32,000 nucleotides of DNA, from positions 249,596-281,595 of the forward strand of contig JAPLKZ010000005.1 of assembly GCA_026387835.1 (NCBI GenBank). The letters run 5' to 3'. Made by a program: the position numbers and the translations under genes. The notes beneath the pieces are model-generated. The model was not told the DNA's origin and did no database searches. It saw nothing but the letters and a program-made list of their open reading frames with translations. Within the stretch, counting starts at the first letter, position 1, and each line of letters opens with the position of its first letter. The DNA comes from Candidatus Saganbacteria bacterium. GTDB lineage: Bacteria; Margulisbacteria; WOR-1; JAKLHX01. Below, piece by piece: positions 17,966-27,389 of the stretch.

Positions 17966-18475
17966 ATGGCGAACACAAAAACGCTGGTAGTGATCAAACC
18001 GGACGGTATAAAAAAGTCCCTGACAGGGAACATTCTTTCCCGTCTTTCCGAGACAAAACTGCGTATCATAGGAGCAAAGGTCCTTCATGTGACGAGGGAG
18101 CTTGCCGAAAAGCATTACGCGCACCTGAAGGACAAGCCGTTCTTTAAGAGCGTTGTCGACTATATATGCGGCGATGTTTATGACGAGCCTTACAGGAGGG
18201 TCCTTGCCCTGGTTTATACCGGGCCGGACGCGGTAAAAAAAGTAAGGCAGCTTGCGGGCGTCACAAATCCTGAAGAAGCCGATGCCTCTTCGATAAGAGG
18301 CCAGTACGGCAGGATCACTTCAAAAGGCATATTTGAAAATGTTCTCCACTGCTCGGCAACTCCCGAAGAGGCGGAAGTCGAGATTAAACTTTGGTTTGAT
18401 CCGGATGAAATTGTAGAAGCCATATATCCTACAGAGACGATCGAAACCAAAGTTAAAAAAAGATCCTGGAAGTAG
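17966..18475 (+). CDS. ndk: Nucleoside diphosphate kinase family protein
   Basis: 'KTLVVIKPDGIKKSLTGNILSRL', 'IRGQYGR', 'ENVLHCSATPEEAEVEIKLWF'. Confidence 0.9.
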   Translation: MANTKTLVVIKPDGIKKSLTGNILSRLSETKLRIIGAKVLHVTRELAEKHYAHLKDKPFFKSVVDYICGDVYDEPYRRVLALVYTGPDAVKKVRQLAGVTNPEEADASSIRGQYGRITSKGIFENVLHCSATPEEAEVEIKLWFDPDEIVEAIYPTETIETKVKKRSWK

Positions 18476-18483
18476 TAAAGCAA

Positions 18484-18554
18484 GGGCCTATGGTTCAGTG
18501 GTAGAACACGGCGTTCGCAACGCCGAGACCTGAGTTCGACTCTCAGTAGGTCCA
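18484..18554 (+). tRNA. tRNA-Ala(CGC)
   Basis: Acceptor GGGCCTA/TAGGTCC with the G3:U70 pair expected for alanine; anticodon loop TTCGCAA; T-arm GAGTTCGACTC. Confidence 0.88.
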
Positions 18555-18653
18555 TTAATATTTTTCTGCGAACTAACATTATCAGACAATGACAAAACCT
18601 GGAAGTGCTACAACTTCGCGGTTTACGGGGGATTTAAGAAGGCAGGTTACCGG

Positions 18654-18869
18654 CTAGATCAAACCTTTGAACGGGTTGCCGATGAACGCGACGATGATGA
18701 CCTGGACGCCGTAAAGGATGAGGCTCCACGCCACCGATGAGATGATCCATGACTTTGTCCCTGACTCGCCGAGCCATCTCAGTATCCACACTCCGAGCGC
18801 AATGAGAGCGATGCCTGATACAATGCCGGTGAAGATAGCCATGGATATATTGTACATCAGAAAAGACAA
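18654..18869 (-). CDS. Small membrane protein
   Basis: 71-aa ORF, hydrophobic 'AIFTGIVSGIALIALGVWILRWL' and 'WSLILYGVQVIIVAFI'. Confidence 0.5.
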   Translation of the reverse strand: MSFLMYNISMAIFTGIVSGIALIALGVWILRWLGESGTKSWIISSVAWSLILYGVQVIIVAFIGNPFKGLI

Positions 18870-18993
18870 AATATATCGTGAAAAATAATGTGAAATTTAT
18901 TAAAAAGGCACACGATATAATTATAAGGTCAAAAACCGGCAGATCAAAGCTGTTGTCGGTTGTGATCCCAATAAAGACAGAAGGAGAAAAGTA

Positions 18994-19542
18994 ATGAGCG
19001 GAATTAATGGCGGAAGTTTAGCGGTCCCGGTTACAGCCGATGAATACAAAAGACTGTCAGCCCTCAAAAAAGAAGGATCTGCAAGAAACACGGAAGTCGG
19101 GTCTGCAGGTTTTGGAGAAAGGCCAGTAATCTTGCTGGCTGCAGCGCAGCCGGTCGCATCAGCCCCGTCGCCGCAGTCGGCACCGGACACTTCGGAACAG
19201 AAAAAAATAAAAGGGTTGATCGATGTATTTAAAAGCCGTAACTACGTTTGGATCCAAGAAGCAGTCGAAGCTTTGCAAAAAATCGGAAGTCCTGCAATCC
19301 CGGCCATTGTCGAAGCGCTGAAAGACAATGAATGGATCGTTCGATATCACGCCGCCTATACACTAGGTGAATTTGGCGATAAACAGGCAGTCCCGGATCT
19401 CGTGAAAGCATTGAACGATAGTGAAAGCCTTGTTCGCCTGTCTGCACAACAAGCAATCGAAAAGATAAAAAAAGCACAAACTCAACCTGTTGCAAAACCC
19501 GGCACCATACCGCTCGAAAAGCCTGCGGGGGTCAAGAAATAG
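18994..19542 (+). CDS. HEAT-repeat protein
   Basis: 'AVEALQKIGSPAIPAIVEALKDNEWIVRYHAAYTLGEFGDKQAVPDLVKALNDSESLVRLSAQQAIEKI'. Confidence 0.85.
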   Translation: MSGINGGSLAVPVTADEYKRLSALKKEGSARNTEVGSAGFGERPVILLAAAQPVASAPSPQSAPDTSEQKKIKGLIDVFKSRNYVWIQEAVEALQKIGSPAIPAIVEALKDNEWIVRYHAAYTLGEFGDKQAVPDLVKALNDSESLVRLSAQQAIEKIKKAQTQPVAKPGTIPLEKPAGVKK

Positions 19543-19731
19543 GCAGATAAGTCACTTTATAGCTCCTTGAACGAGACATAGTTGACTACAGGGACATCCC
19601 AGTCGGTGATCTGCCCGATAGATCAGAAAAGACAAAATCCGAAATTCGAATATCGGATGTTTCGCGCATACCCTCCAATGTGTTAAATAATCCGGAACAT
19701 TTTTACTTATTGGTGGAGACGGCTAGATCCT

Positions 19732-21018
19732 TCAGCATTCCTCGGGAGGTGTCGTTATCTCCGAAGCTTCAAGGATCCCCTTTTCTACATAGATGGGCCT
19801 TATTACTTTCCTGATATGCGGCAGGCGTACGTAAAACAGCGCTGATGCAATGAGGCACATGATCCCGTTTATCATGACCGCGGTCGGTGCTCCAAGATTG
19901 TGGGCGAGCGTCCCGGCGATTATGCTTCCGAACGGCGCCATTCCTAGAAAAGCCATCGAATAGAGGCTCATGATCCTTCCTCTCTTGTTGTCAGAGACGA
20001 TAGTCTGCAGCACAGTGTTGCTTCCTGCGATCTGCGTCAGCATCCCGAACCCCACGACAGGCATCAGTATGAGCGACAAGATATAAATCTTAGATAGTGA
20101 GAACAGGATCAACCCCGCGCCAAAGAGGGCTGTGCCGAAGTTCATCAACTTATTGAGTCCGACGACGCTTTTGCGCGAGGCAAGGAACAGACCTCCTGCA
20201 AGGGCTCCCATTCCCGCTCCGGACATCAGGAAACCGAGTGTCTGAGGCCCTCCGTGAAGGATGTTCTTCGCGAAAATAGGCATCAGTATCGCATACGACA
20301 TCCCTGCAAGGCTCACCATGCTGATGAGCAGGATTATGTCCCTTATCGCCTCATTATGATAGGCGTAAGACAGGCCATCTTTGAATTCCCTGAAGAAAGG
20401 CTTTGCCACTCTCTTTTCCTCAGTGGCCGTGATCTTCATCATCATCAGTGATATTATAACGGCGACATAGCTTACTGCATTGATAAGAAAACAGTAACCT
20501 TCACCGAACATCGCGATCAGCACTCCCGCGACAGCAGGTCCGATGAGTCTCGCGCTGTTAACCATTGATGAGTTAAGCGCTATCGCATTTCCCAGGTCCT
20601 CTCTTTTGACCATCTTGACCACGAAGGACTGTCTTGCCGGCATGTCGATCGAGTTAACGAGCCCAAGGACCGCTCCCAGTAAATAAAGGTGCCAGACCTC
20701 GATCCTGCCTGAAAGTACAAGAGATGCAAGCGCAAGCGCCTGAAAAAGGGAGATGGTCTGAGTGATGATGAGGACCTTCTGCTTATCCCACCTGTCGACC
20801 ATCACTCCCGCGAAAGGCGCAATGATGAACGCCGGTATCTGGCTTGAGAACGCCACGGCTCCGAGGACAAAAGCTGAGTTCGTCATCCTATACGCCAGCC
20901 AGCCCACCGCGACGGCCTGCATCCATGTCCCGATCAGCGATATGCTCTGGCCCGCAAAAAACAAACGGTAGTTGCGGTTCTTCAGTGCGCGGAATATGTT
21001 CGCAAAAGATCCATTCAT
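19732..21018 (-). CDS. MFS transporter (EntS-like architecture)
   Basis: 'FRALKNRNYRLFFAGQSISLIGTWMQAVAVGWLAYRMTNSAFVLG', 'GVMVDRWDKQKVL', many TM segments. Confidence 0.9.
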   Translation of the reverse strand: MNGSFANIFRALKNRNYRLFFAGQSISLIGTWMQAVAVGWLAYRMTNSAFVLGAVAFSSQIPAFIIAPFAGVMVDRWDKQKVLIITQTISLFQALALASLVLSGRIEVWHLYLLGAVLGLVNSIDMPARQSFVVKMVKREDLGNAIALNSSMVNSARLIGPAVAGVLIAMFGEGYCFLINAVSYVAVIISLMMMKITATEEKRVAKPFFREFKDGLSYAYHNEAIRDIILLISMVSLAGMSYAILMPIFAKNILHGGPQTLGFLMSGAGMGALAGGLFLASRKSVVGLNKLMNFGTALFGAGLILFSLSKIYILSLILMPVVGFGMLTQIAGSNTVLQTIVSDNKRGRIMSLYSMAFLGMAPFGSIIAGTLAHNLGAPTAVMINGIMCLIASALFYVRLPHIRKVIRPIYVEKGILEASEITTPPEEC

Positions 21019-21100
21019 GACTAATTTTATTATATCATCAGCGGTGCGTCATCAAAGAACTTCCGGTCGGCGTCCGAATAAACGACGAAGACGATCTTAA

Positions 21101-21814
21101 CTACCTGCAGTAAAGGTCGTTCTCTATCCTGTTCAACAGATCTGTGCGGTCATCGCTGACGGACATGTTGGTGATGCCTCCGATCGCCTGCATCACGGTG
21201 GTCACATCCTTCATCGATGATTCCGCGTCCTTGAACTGATGGTCGCGCGGTATGTAGTACACAAAGACGATGGTCGGCAGTCCGGCGGCACTGATCGCGT
21301 TACGCGTCGTTGTGACCTCTCCGGAAGAAGTCACGATCTCAAAATCCGGAAAAGGCCGGCCGTAGACCGCGGAGATCATGGTCAGGTCCATTTTCTTGCC
21401 GGTCCTGTCACCTGAAGTCCTCCCGTTCTCGACAACAGCCTTAAGCGCCTCACCCATATTTTCGATATCTCCGAGTATCCGGTTATCCTCGAATTTGGTA
21501 TCCCTCATCAGAAAGCATTCGAAAGCGCCGAAGCCGTTCCTGTCAAGAAGGACCGCTTCATCCTGGCGCAGACCTTTCTTATTGATCCAGTCCGCAAGAA
21601 ATGCCGGTTTTCCCCCGGCTTTATTTGTGTCCCAATTGAGTTCCGGGGTGTAATAGAACTTGATGTCCTGGAACTTCGATTCATTAAAAGTCGGGTTTTT
21701 AGGGCCCAGATTGATGGCGACGACATTCTTCGGGGCGTAGGGCATTGCAGCGAAAGAGACCGCGGACAGCACGGCGGCAAATATGACGGCTGACACGAAC
21801 AGGTGTTTTTTCAT
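21101..21814 (-). CDS. Exported hypothetical protein
   Basis: Signal peptide; 'YGRPFPDFEIVTSSGEVTTTRNAISAAGLPTIVFVYYIPR' faintly resembles a thioredoxin-like segment but lacks CxxC. Confidence 0.6.
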   Translation of the reverse strand: MKKHLFVSAVIFAAVLSAVSFAAMPYAPKNVVAINLGPKNPTFNESKFQDIKFYYTPELNWDTNKAGGKPAFLADWINKKGLRQDEAVLLDRNGFGAFECFLMRDTKFEDNRILGDIENMGEALKAVVENGRTSGDRTGKKMDLTMISAVYGRPFPDFEIVTSSGEVTTTRNAISAAGLPTIVFVYYIPRDHQFKDAESSMKDVTTVMQAIGGITNMSVSDDRTDLLNRIENDLYCR

Positions 21815-21943
21815 TTTCTTTTCTCCTTTAATACCACATAATACACTTTATTTTAGTATAATTTCAAGGGCGGGGGGAAATATTAAACTTTATCTTGCAT
21901 TTTTCCATTGACAACGAGTGCCGGAATGATAAAATATCTATAA

Positions 21944-22801
21944 ATGAAAAAACTGATCGCATTAATACTGGCGGCATCTTTAATAGCAAACTTTACTGTA
22001 GCTTCTGTTTCAGCAGCGAAGAAAAAAGCCCCGAGAAAGCCGGGGAAGAGGATCGTCAGGACCGTGAAGAATAAAAAGGCCGTGAAGAATAAAAAACCCG
22101 CGAAGAAGACAAAAGCTGCAAAGAAGACGAAAGCCGCAAAGAAGACAAAAGCCGCAAAGAAGACAAAGGTCACGAAGAAAGCAAAAGCCGCGAAGAAAAA
22201 GATAACAGCAAAAGCTGCGAAGATAAAGAAAGCCGCAAAGAAGCCGGCTTTAAAGCCGACACTAAAAAAAGCTCCGGCAACACCGTGGGTGCCGCCGTTA
22301 CCTGAAAAAGTAACTCCTGCCCGGGTATCAACTGCAGCGGCAATTCCGGTTGTCCCGTCACCATGGGGCTTGACCATAGGGGCTAACTTTGGCGTGTCCG
22401 CGGGTCTTACGGCTGCATCGGCAGTGTTAGATTATCCGCTCACAAGATTTATCCGGGGTGCGAAGGTGAGGTTAGGCGGAGATTATCTCACGGGAGCCAG
22501 CGGAAAGGATACCGACCTGAAGATAGCCACGCTGAAATTAGGCGGCATTTACGCGCTCGATATGCTCAAAATGCAGGACGTGCCGGTCGACTGGTACATC
22601 GGGGGCGGGATAATCGTGCCTCTGAAGGTCAGCGGCGGAAGGACCGGTTCATACGGCCTTGAAGCTTATATCGGCGCTAACATCGCGGTATTTGATATTG
22701 GCGCCTTTAATGCGCAGTTTGGATACTCTGCAATAAAATATGGCGGTGCTAGTGCAGCAAAAGGCGGCATAGCGACGATCGGATACGCGTACACGTTCTG
22801 A
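21944..22801 (+). CDS. Exported protein: Lys/Ala-rich histone H1-like linker plus C-terminal beta-barrel-like domain
   Basis: Signal peptide, 'KKTKAAKKTKAAKKTKAAKKTKVTKKAKAAKKK', then alternating barrel-like strands ending 'GGIATIGYAYTF'. Confidence 0.75.
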   Translation: MKKLIALILAASLIANFTVASVSAAKKKAPRKPGKRIVRTVKNKKAVKNKKPAKKTKAAKKTKAAKKTKAAKKTKVTKKAKAAKKKITAKAAKIKKAAKKPALKPTLKKAPATPWVPPLPEKVTPARVSTAAAIPVVPSPWGLTIGANFGVSAGLTAASAVLDYPLTRFIRGAKVRLGGDYLTGASGKDTDLKIATLKLGGIYALDMLKMQDVPVDWYIGGGIIVPLKVSGGRTGSYGLEAYIGANIAVFDIGAFNAQFGYSAIKYGGASAAKGGIATIGYAYTF

Positions 22802-22838
22802 CCGGTTAAAATAAACCCCCCTGTCACTTCGTGACATC

Positions 22839-22858
22839 CCTGCCTGCCGGCAGGCAGG
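22839..22858. repeat. 20-bp perfect palindrome
   Basis: cctgcctgccggcaggcagg. Confidence 0.9.
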
Positions 22859-22995
22859 TCTCCTTGTCAGGGGAGAACTAAAATTTGGATTTCTATTTTC
22901 CCTGCCCAAGATCAAAATCGAGTGAAATTTATAAAAAATACCATCGATACTCTTTCAGCCGATGACGATCCGGATATTAAAGGGAGAAAATAAAA

Positions 22996-24249
22996 ATGCA
23001 GACAACTAGGACTTCTTTTGCAGCAGCGTTAAGGACGAGCAGCAGGATCGATGTCGCCGCCAGGATAACTTCGGCAAGACTTTATTCACCTAATGGTGAT
23101 TATTGGAGATCCCGTGCCAGTATTCCGGGAGCTGTCCGTGCATTAAATGAAAAAATAATAGATAAGAAAATGGTCGCGGCTATATTTGCTGATGACAAAA
23201 TGCCCGTTGCCAGGGCTGCGGATATATTAGCTAGAGTAGAAATGGCTGCGGGAATTTTGGCTGATGTCAAAATGTCTATTAGCAGGGCTGCGGGTATATT
23301 AACTGATGACAAAATGCCTTTAGAGAAAGCTGCGGGTATATTAACTGATGACAAAATGCCTTTAGAGAAAGCTGCGGGTATATTAGCTGATGACGGTATA
23401 TTAACTGATGACAAAATGCCTTTAGAGAAAGCTGCGGGTATATTAGCTGATGACAAAATAGATTTAATGAAAGTTGCGGCTATATTTGCTGATGACAAAA
23501 TGCCCGTTGCCAGGGCTGCAGGAATATTTGCTGATGGCAAAATGCCTGTTGCCAGGGTTGCGGGAATATTAGCTTATCTCAAAATACCTGCAAGCAGGGC
23601 TGCGGGTATATTAGCTGATGACAAAATGCCTGCTAGCAGGGCTGCGGGAATATTAGCGCATGATCTTATTAATCCTTGGAGGGCTGCGGGTATATTAACT
23701 GATGACAAAATGCCTGTTGCCAGGGTTGCAGGAATATTAGCTGATTACAAAATGCCTGTTGCCAGGGCTGCGGATATATTAGCTGATGACAAAATATCTT
23801 TAGAGAAGGCTGCGGGTATATTAGCTGATGATAAAATGAGTCTTTGCAGGGCTGCGGATATATTAGCTGATTACAAAATGCCTGTTGCCAGGGCTGCGGA
23901 TATATTAGCTGATGACAAAATATCTTTAGAGAAGGCTGCGGGTATATTAGCGCATGATCTTATTAATCTTTGGAAGGCTGCGGGGATATTGGCTGACGGG
24001 AAAATGCCTTTAGATAGGGCCGTGAGAATATTAGCATGTGATCTTATTAATGTTCAGAAAGCTGCGGGTATATTAGGTGGCGGCATAATGCCTATTACCA
24101 GGGCCGCGGATATATTAGCCGATGAAAAAATCTCTTTAGATAAGGTTGCAGGCATAATCGGGGAAATGCCGGACGTAAACGCAATTTACATCTTAGCTGA
24201 AATGGGAGACGAACTCGTAAGACGAATTATTGAGAAGATAGGAAAATAA
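22996..24249 (+). CDS. Tandem 14-aa repeat protein, copy 1
   Basis: About 23 units of consensus AAGILADDKMPLEK (42 nt each), with a C-terminal 'VAGIIGEMPDVNAIYILAEMGDELVRRIIEKI' cap. Confidence 0.8.
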   Translation: MQTTRTSFAAALRTSSRIDVAARITSARLYSPNGDYWRSRASIPGAVRALNEKIIDKKMVAAIFADDKMPVARAADILARVEMAAGILADVKMSISRAAGILTDDKMPLEKAAGILTDDKMPLEKAAGILADDGILTDDKMPLEKAAGILADDKIDLMKVAAIFADDKMPVARAAGIFADGKMPVARVAGILAYLKIPASRAAGILADDKMPASRAAGILAHDLINPWRAAGILTDDKMPVARVAGILADYKMPVARAADILADDKISLEKAAGILADDKMSLCRAADILADYKMPVARAADILADDKISLEKAAGILAHDLINLWKAAGILADGKMPLDRAVRILACDLINVQKAAGILGGGIMPITRAADILADEKISLDKVAGIIGEMPDVNAIYILAEMGDELVRRIIEKIGK

Positions 24250-24250
24250 A

Positions 24251-25588
24251 ATGCAGACAGCAAGACCTTTTTTTGCGGCGGCGGTAAAAACAAGCAGGGC
24301 CGATATTACAACAAGGATAGCTTCAGCAAGACTAACATCCCCAGGTAATTACTGGAGGTCCCGTGCCAGTATCCCTGAAGCGGTCCTCGTGCTCGGCAAT
24401 GAAAAGACGGATTTAGGAACGGTCGTGCGCATATTCGCCGATTACAAAATGCCTGTCGGCAGGGCTGCGGGAATGCTGGCCGGAATGCACAGGGCTGCTG
24501 AAATATTAGCTGACACAGGAATGCCTGCGCTCAGGTCTGCGGAAATATTAAAATGTTTTACTTTTGATGCCGGCACGGCTTCGTGGATATTTGCCGATAA
24601 AAAAATGTCTATAAGCAGAGCTGCGGCTATATTGGCTGAAAGGACGATAACTTCAGATAAGGCCGCAGAAATACTTGCTGATGGAAGAATGCCTTTAGAT
24701 AAAGTTGCGGGAATATTTGCCGATATCAATATGACCGGAAGCCGGGCCGCAATTATTCTGGCAGATGAAAAAATGCCCCCAGTCCGGGTTGCGAGGATAT
24801 TAGCGCACGATCTTATTGAGCCCAGGAAGGCCGCTGATATATTATCTGAAAATACAATAGGAATAGTAAAAATTGAGGCAATATTTGCCGATGAAAGCCT
24901 GCCTTTAGAGAAAGCTGCAGTCATTTTAAATGATGACAGGTTGACTGTAGAGAAAGTCGCTGCGACTTTAAATAACGGCAAAATGCCTCTCAGCAGGGCC
25001 GCGGGTATTTTAAATGACGGCAAAATGACCGTTGCCAGAGCGGTTTCAATAGTAGTACATAACAATATGGATGAGAGAAGAATCGAGACAATATTTGCTG
25101 ATGACAGAATGCTGCCGGACAGGGCCGCTGCAATATTGGCTGATGAAAAAACAACCGCTCATAAGGTCATGAGAATATTAGCCTTTGAAAAAATGCCTGC
25201 AAGCAGGGCCGCGGCAATATTAACTGATGACATAATGTTCCCGTGCAGGGCTGCAGCAGTATTTGCCGATGAAAAAATGCCGGCCCGCAGGGTTTTGAAT
25301 ATACTGGCTGATGACAAGGTCTCAGTAAGTAGGGCTGCGGCAATATTGGCTGATGAAAAGATGCTTGCAAGCAGAATCGCGGATATATTTGCGCAAGTAA
25401 TCAATATCGACTATCAAACTGCCAGCCCGCTCAGGGTCACTTATGACAAAACAATGCCTTTAGAAAAGGCCGCGGCGATAATCGGGGCAATGCAGGACGA
25501 AAGAGCCGTCAAAATATTAGCTGAACTGGCAAACGACGTCGTAAAAATGTTCATTGACGAGATGGAAAAAAAGGAAGAGCAAAAATAA
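24251..25588 (+). CDS. Tandem 14-aa repeat protein, copy 2 (more diverged paralogue)
   Basis: N-terminus 'MQTARPFFAAAVKTSRADITTRIASARLTSPGNYWRSRASIPEAV' parallels copy 1; degenerate 14-aa units and a similar C-terminal cap. Confidence 0.8.
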   Translation: MQTARPFFAAAVKTSRADITTRIASARLTSPGNYWRSRASIPEAVLVLGNEKTDLGTVVRIFADYKMPVGRAAGMLAGMHRAAEILADTGMPALRSAEILKCFTFDAGTASWIFADKKMSISRAAAILAERTITSDKAAEILADGRMPLDKVAGIFADINMTGSRAAIILADEKMPPVRVARILAHDLIEPRKAADILSENTIGIVKIEAIFADESLPLEKAAVILNDDRLTVEKVAATLNNGKMPLSRAAGILNDGKMTVARAVSIVVHNNMDERRIETIFADDRMLPDRAAAILADEKTTAHKVMRILAFEKMPASRAAAILTDDIMFPCRAAAVFADEKMPARRVLNILADDKVSVSRAAAILADEKMLASRIADIFAQVINIDYQTASPLRVTYDKTMPLEKAAAIIGAMQDERAVKILAELANDVVKMFIDEMEKKEEQK

Positions 25589-25740
25589 AGCAGGTCATAA
25601 CTCAGCATTAGATGATATCGTAGTATGTTCGCAAGTCATTCCAACTGTTTGAATATTCATAAATCTTCTGTCAAAGAATGTTCCTTTTCCATTGACTAAT
25701 CAAACCATATCGTTTTATAATGAAACAACAGAAATAAATC

Positions 25741-26733
25741 ATGAACAATAAAGAACAATTTAAGGCCATCAAAAATTTCATCGACCACAACTACCGGCAC
25801 TTCAACGCAGCGGTCGTGAAAGATGCTTCCGCCGCTTATGTGGAGCACCTGGGCAAAGGCGGAAAAATGTTCCTTGCGATGGCGGGCGCCATGAGCACCG
25901 GAGAGATCGGGCTCACGCTTGCGGAGATGATAAGGCAGGACAAAATCCACGCGATATCGACAACAGGCGCGAACCTTGAAGAGGACATATTCAACCTTGT
26001 CGCCCATGACTTTTACGAAAGGGTTCCCGGCTACAGGTATTTTACAAAAGACGACGAGGAAGCACTTCTTGCAAGACATATGAACAGGGTGACAGATACA
26101 TGCATTCCCGAAGAAGAAGCGATGAGAAGGATAGAGAGGATAGTCCAGAAATACTGGTACAAGGCTGAAAAAGAAGGGAAAAGATATTTTCCTTACGAGT
26201 ACATGTACAGGATCATCAGGGACGGAGTGCTGAAAGAAAGTTACCAGATAGACCCGAAAGATTCCTGGCTGATAGCAGCATGCGAAAAAGATCTCCCGAT
26301 ATTCGTCGGGGGCTGGGAAGATTCAACGATAGGCAACGTCCTTGTCGCAGACCATAAAAGAGGAAATATCAAAGACATGTCTATCGTGAAGACCGGGCTC
26401 GAGACCATGAGCTTTTTGATCGACTGGTACAAAAAGACATCTAAAGACCACCCGATAGGCTTTTTCCAGATAGGGGGCGGCATAGCAGGGGATTTCCCGA
26501 TATGTGTCGTGCCTTTGATCGAGCAGGACCTTTTTGAGAAAGATGTCAGGAAGTGGGGATATTTCTGCCAGATATCCGACAGCACCACGTCTTACGGTTC
26601 TTATAGCGGCGCGGTCCCTAATGAAAAGATCACGTGGGGCAAACTGGGAAAAGAAACTCCAAGTTTTGTAATTGAAAGCGACGCGACGATAGTAGCCCCT
26701 CTGATGTTCTCGTATATCCTCGGCCAGGAATAG
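25741..26733 (+). CDS. Deoxyhypusine synthase family protein
   Basis: 'LAMAGAMSTGEIGLTLAEMIRQDKIHAISTTGANLEEDIFNLVAHDFY', 'FFQIGGGIAGDFP', 'SGAVPNEKITWGKLGKETPSFVIESDATIVAPLMF'; the WGK lysine region is retained. Confidence 0.88.
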   Translation: MNNKEQFKAIKNFIDHNYRHFNAAVVKDASAAYVEHLGKGGKMFLAMAGAMSTGEIGLTLAEMIRQDKIHAISTTGANLEEDIFNLVAHDFYERVPGYRYFTKDDEEALLARHMNRVTDTCIPEEEAMRRIERIVQKYWYKAEKEGKRYFPYEYMYRIIRDGVLKESYQIDPKDSWLIAACEKDLPIFVGGWEDSTIGNVLVADHKRGNIKDMSIVKTGLETMSFLIDWYKKTSKDHPIGFFQIGGGIAGDFPICVVPLIEQDLFEKDVRKWGYFCQISDSTTSYGSYSGAVPNEKITWGKLGKETPSFVIESDATIVAPLMFSYILGQE

Positions 26734-26734
26734 C

Positions 26735-27262
26735 TTACTTCAGCTTTATACCGTTCCAGTCACCGCCGTCTTTACCGTCCCCGTACCACCAGTGGCCGTT
26801 GATGCTGTTCCCGTCGGAAGACAGGGTAAATGTGCATTTTCCGCTGCATTGCGGGGCGGAATAAGTGGGAGCTTCAGACCAGGTGCCTTCCATGGTCTTT
26901 CCGTCCGCAGCGAGGTTGGCTTCTATCTTACCGCTATTATATGTATAATCCCCTATAACTTTCATTCCGTACACGGCAAATGTCAGGACTCCCCATTTTG
27001 AGTTCCATTTACCTTCAAATCCTTTTACATAACCCGCGGGATCAGAGGATGTTCCGGCTGCCGTTACTGCAGGGACCGTGGCAGATCCGGTGATCTCGCC
27101 CGTGCCAAGCTCTATCTTTGAGATGTTAACGGCCGGCTGGGTGAGAGTAAAGATCTGTTTTGCCCCGTCCTTGAATGTGACGGACATCTCCTGGGCAGCG
27201 GCGCTGACCGAAAGAATTATAGAAAACAACAGTAAAAGAATAGCGGTCCTTTTTAAGATCAT
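26735..27262 (-). CDS. Exported hypothetical protein
   Basis: 'MNMILKRTAILLLLFSIILSVSAAAQ' signal; 'GSWSEAPTYSAPQCSGKCTFTLSSDGNSINGHWWYGDG'-like extracellular beta domain. Start chosen inside ORF 26735..27328. Confidence 0.65.
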   Translation of the reverse strand: MILKRTAILLLLFSIILSVSAAAQEMSVTFKDGAKQIFTLTQPAVNISKIELGTGEITGSATVPAVTAAGTSSDPAGYVKGFEGKWNSKWGVLTFAVYGMKVIGDYTYNSGKIEANLAADGKTMEGTWSEAPTYSAPQCSGKCTFTLSSDGNSINGHWWYGDGKDGGDWNGIKLK

Positions 27263-27389
27263 ATTAAGCTCCTTTCTGAAAATACTAATTTTAGTGTACA
27301 AAAACAGGAAGGAAGTGTCAAGCGGCAAAAAGAGCAGTTGATTAAGGTCTTGACGGATGTTATGTTTATAATATCGGGAGGACGAGGTA

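Noticed and set aside
21883-22377. Minus-strand ORF rich in Phe/Ala (AAFVFFAAFVFF)
   Set aside because: It is the antisense of the Lys/Ala-rich repeat of 21944..22801.
23100-25404. Antisense ORFs 23100..23540, 24442..25065, 25159..25404 and 25167..25370
   Set aside because: They are mirror reading frames of the repeat genes produced by the repeat composition, with no independent support.
22996-25588. CRISPR-like or tandem-repeat array appearance
   Set aside because: The 42-nt periodicity is continuous and in frame in two long ORFs with no non-repetitive spacers, so it is a coding repeat array, not CRISPR.
27329-27389. Cobalamin riboswitch upstream of cbiM
   Set aside because: The space between genes is only about 130 nt and no B12-box-like sequence could be recognised.
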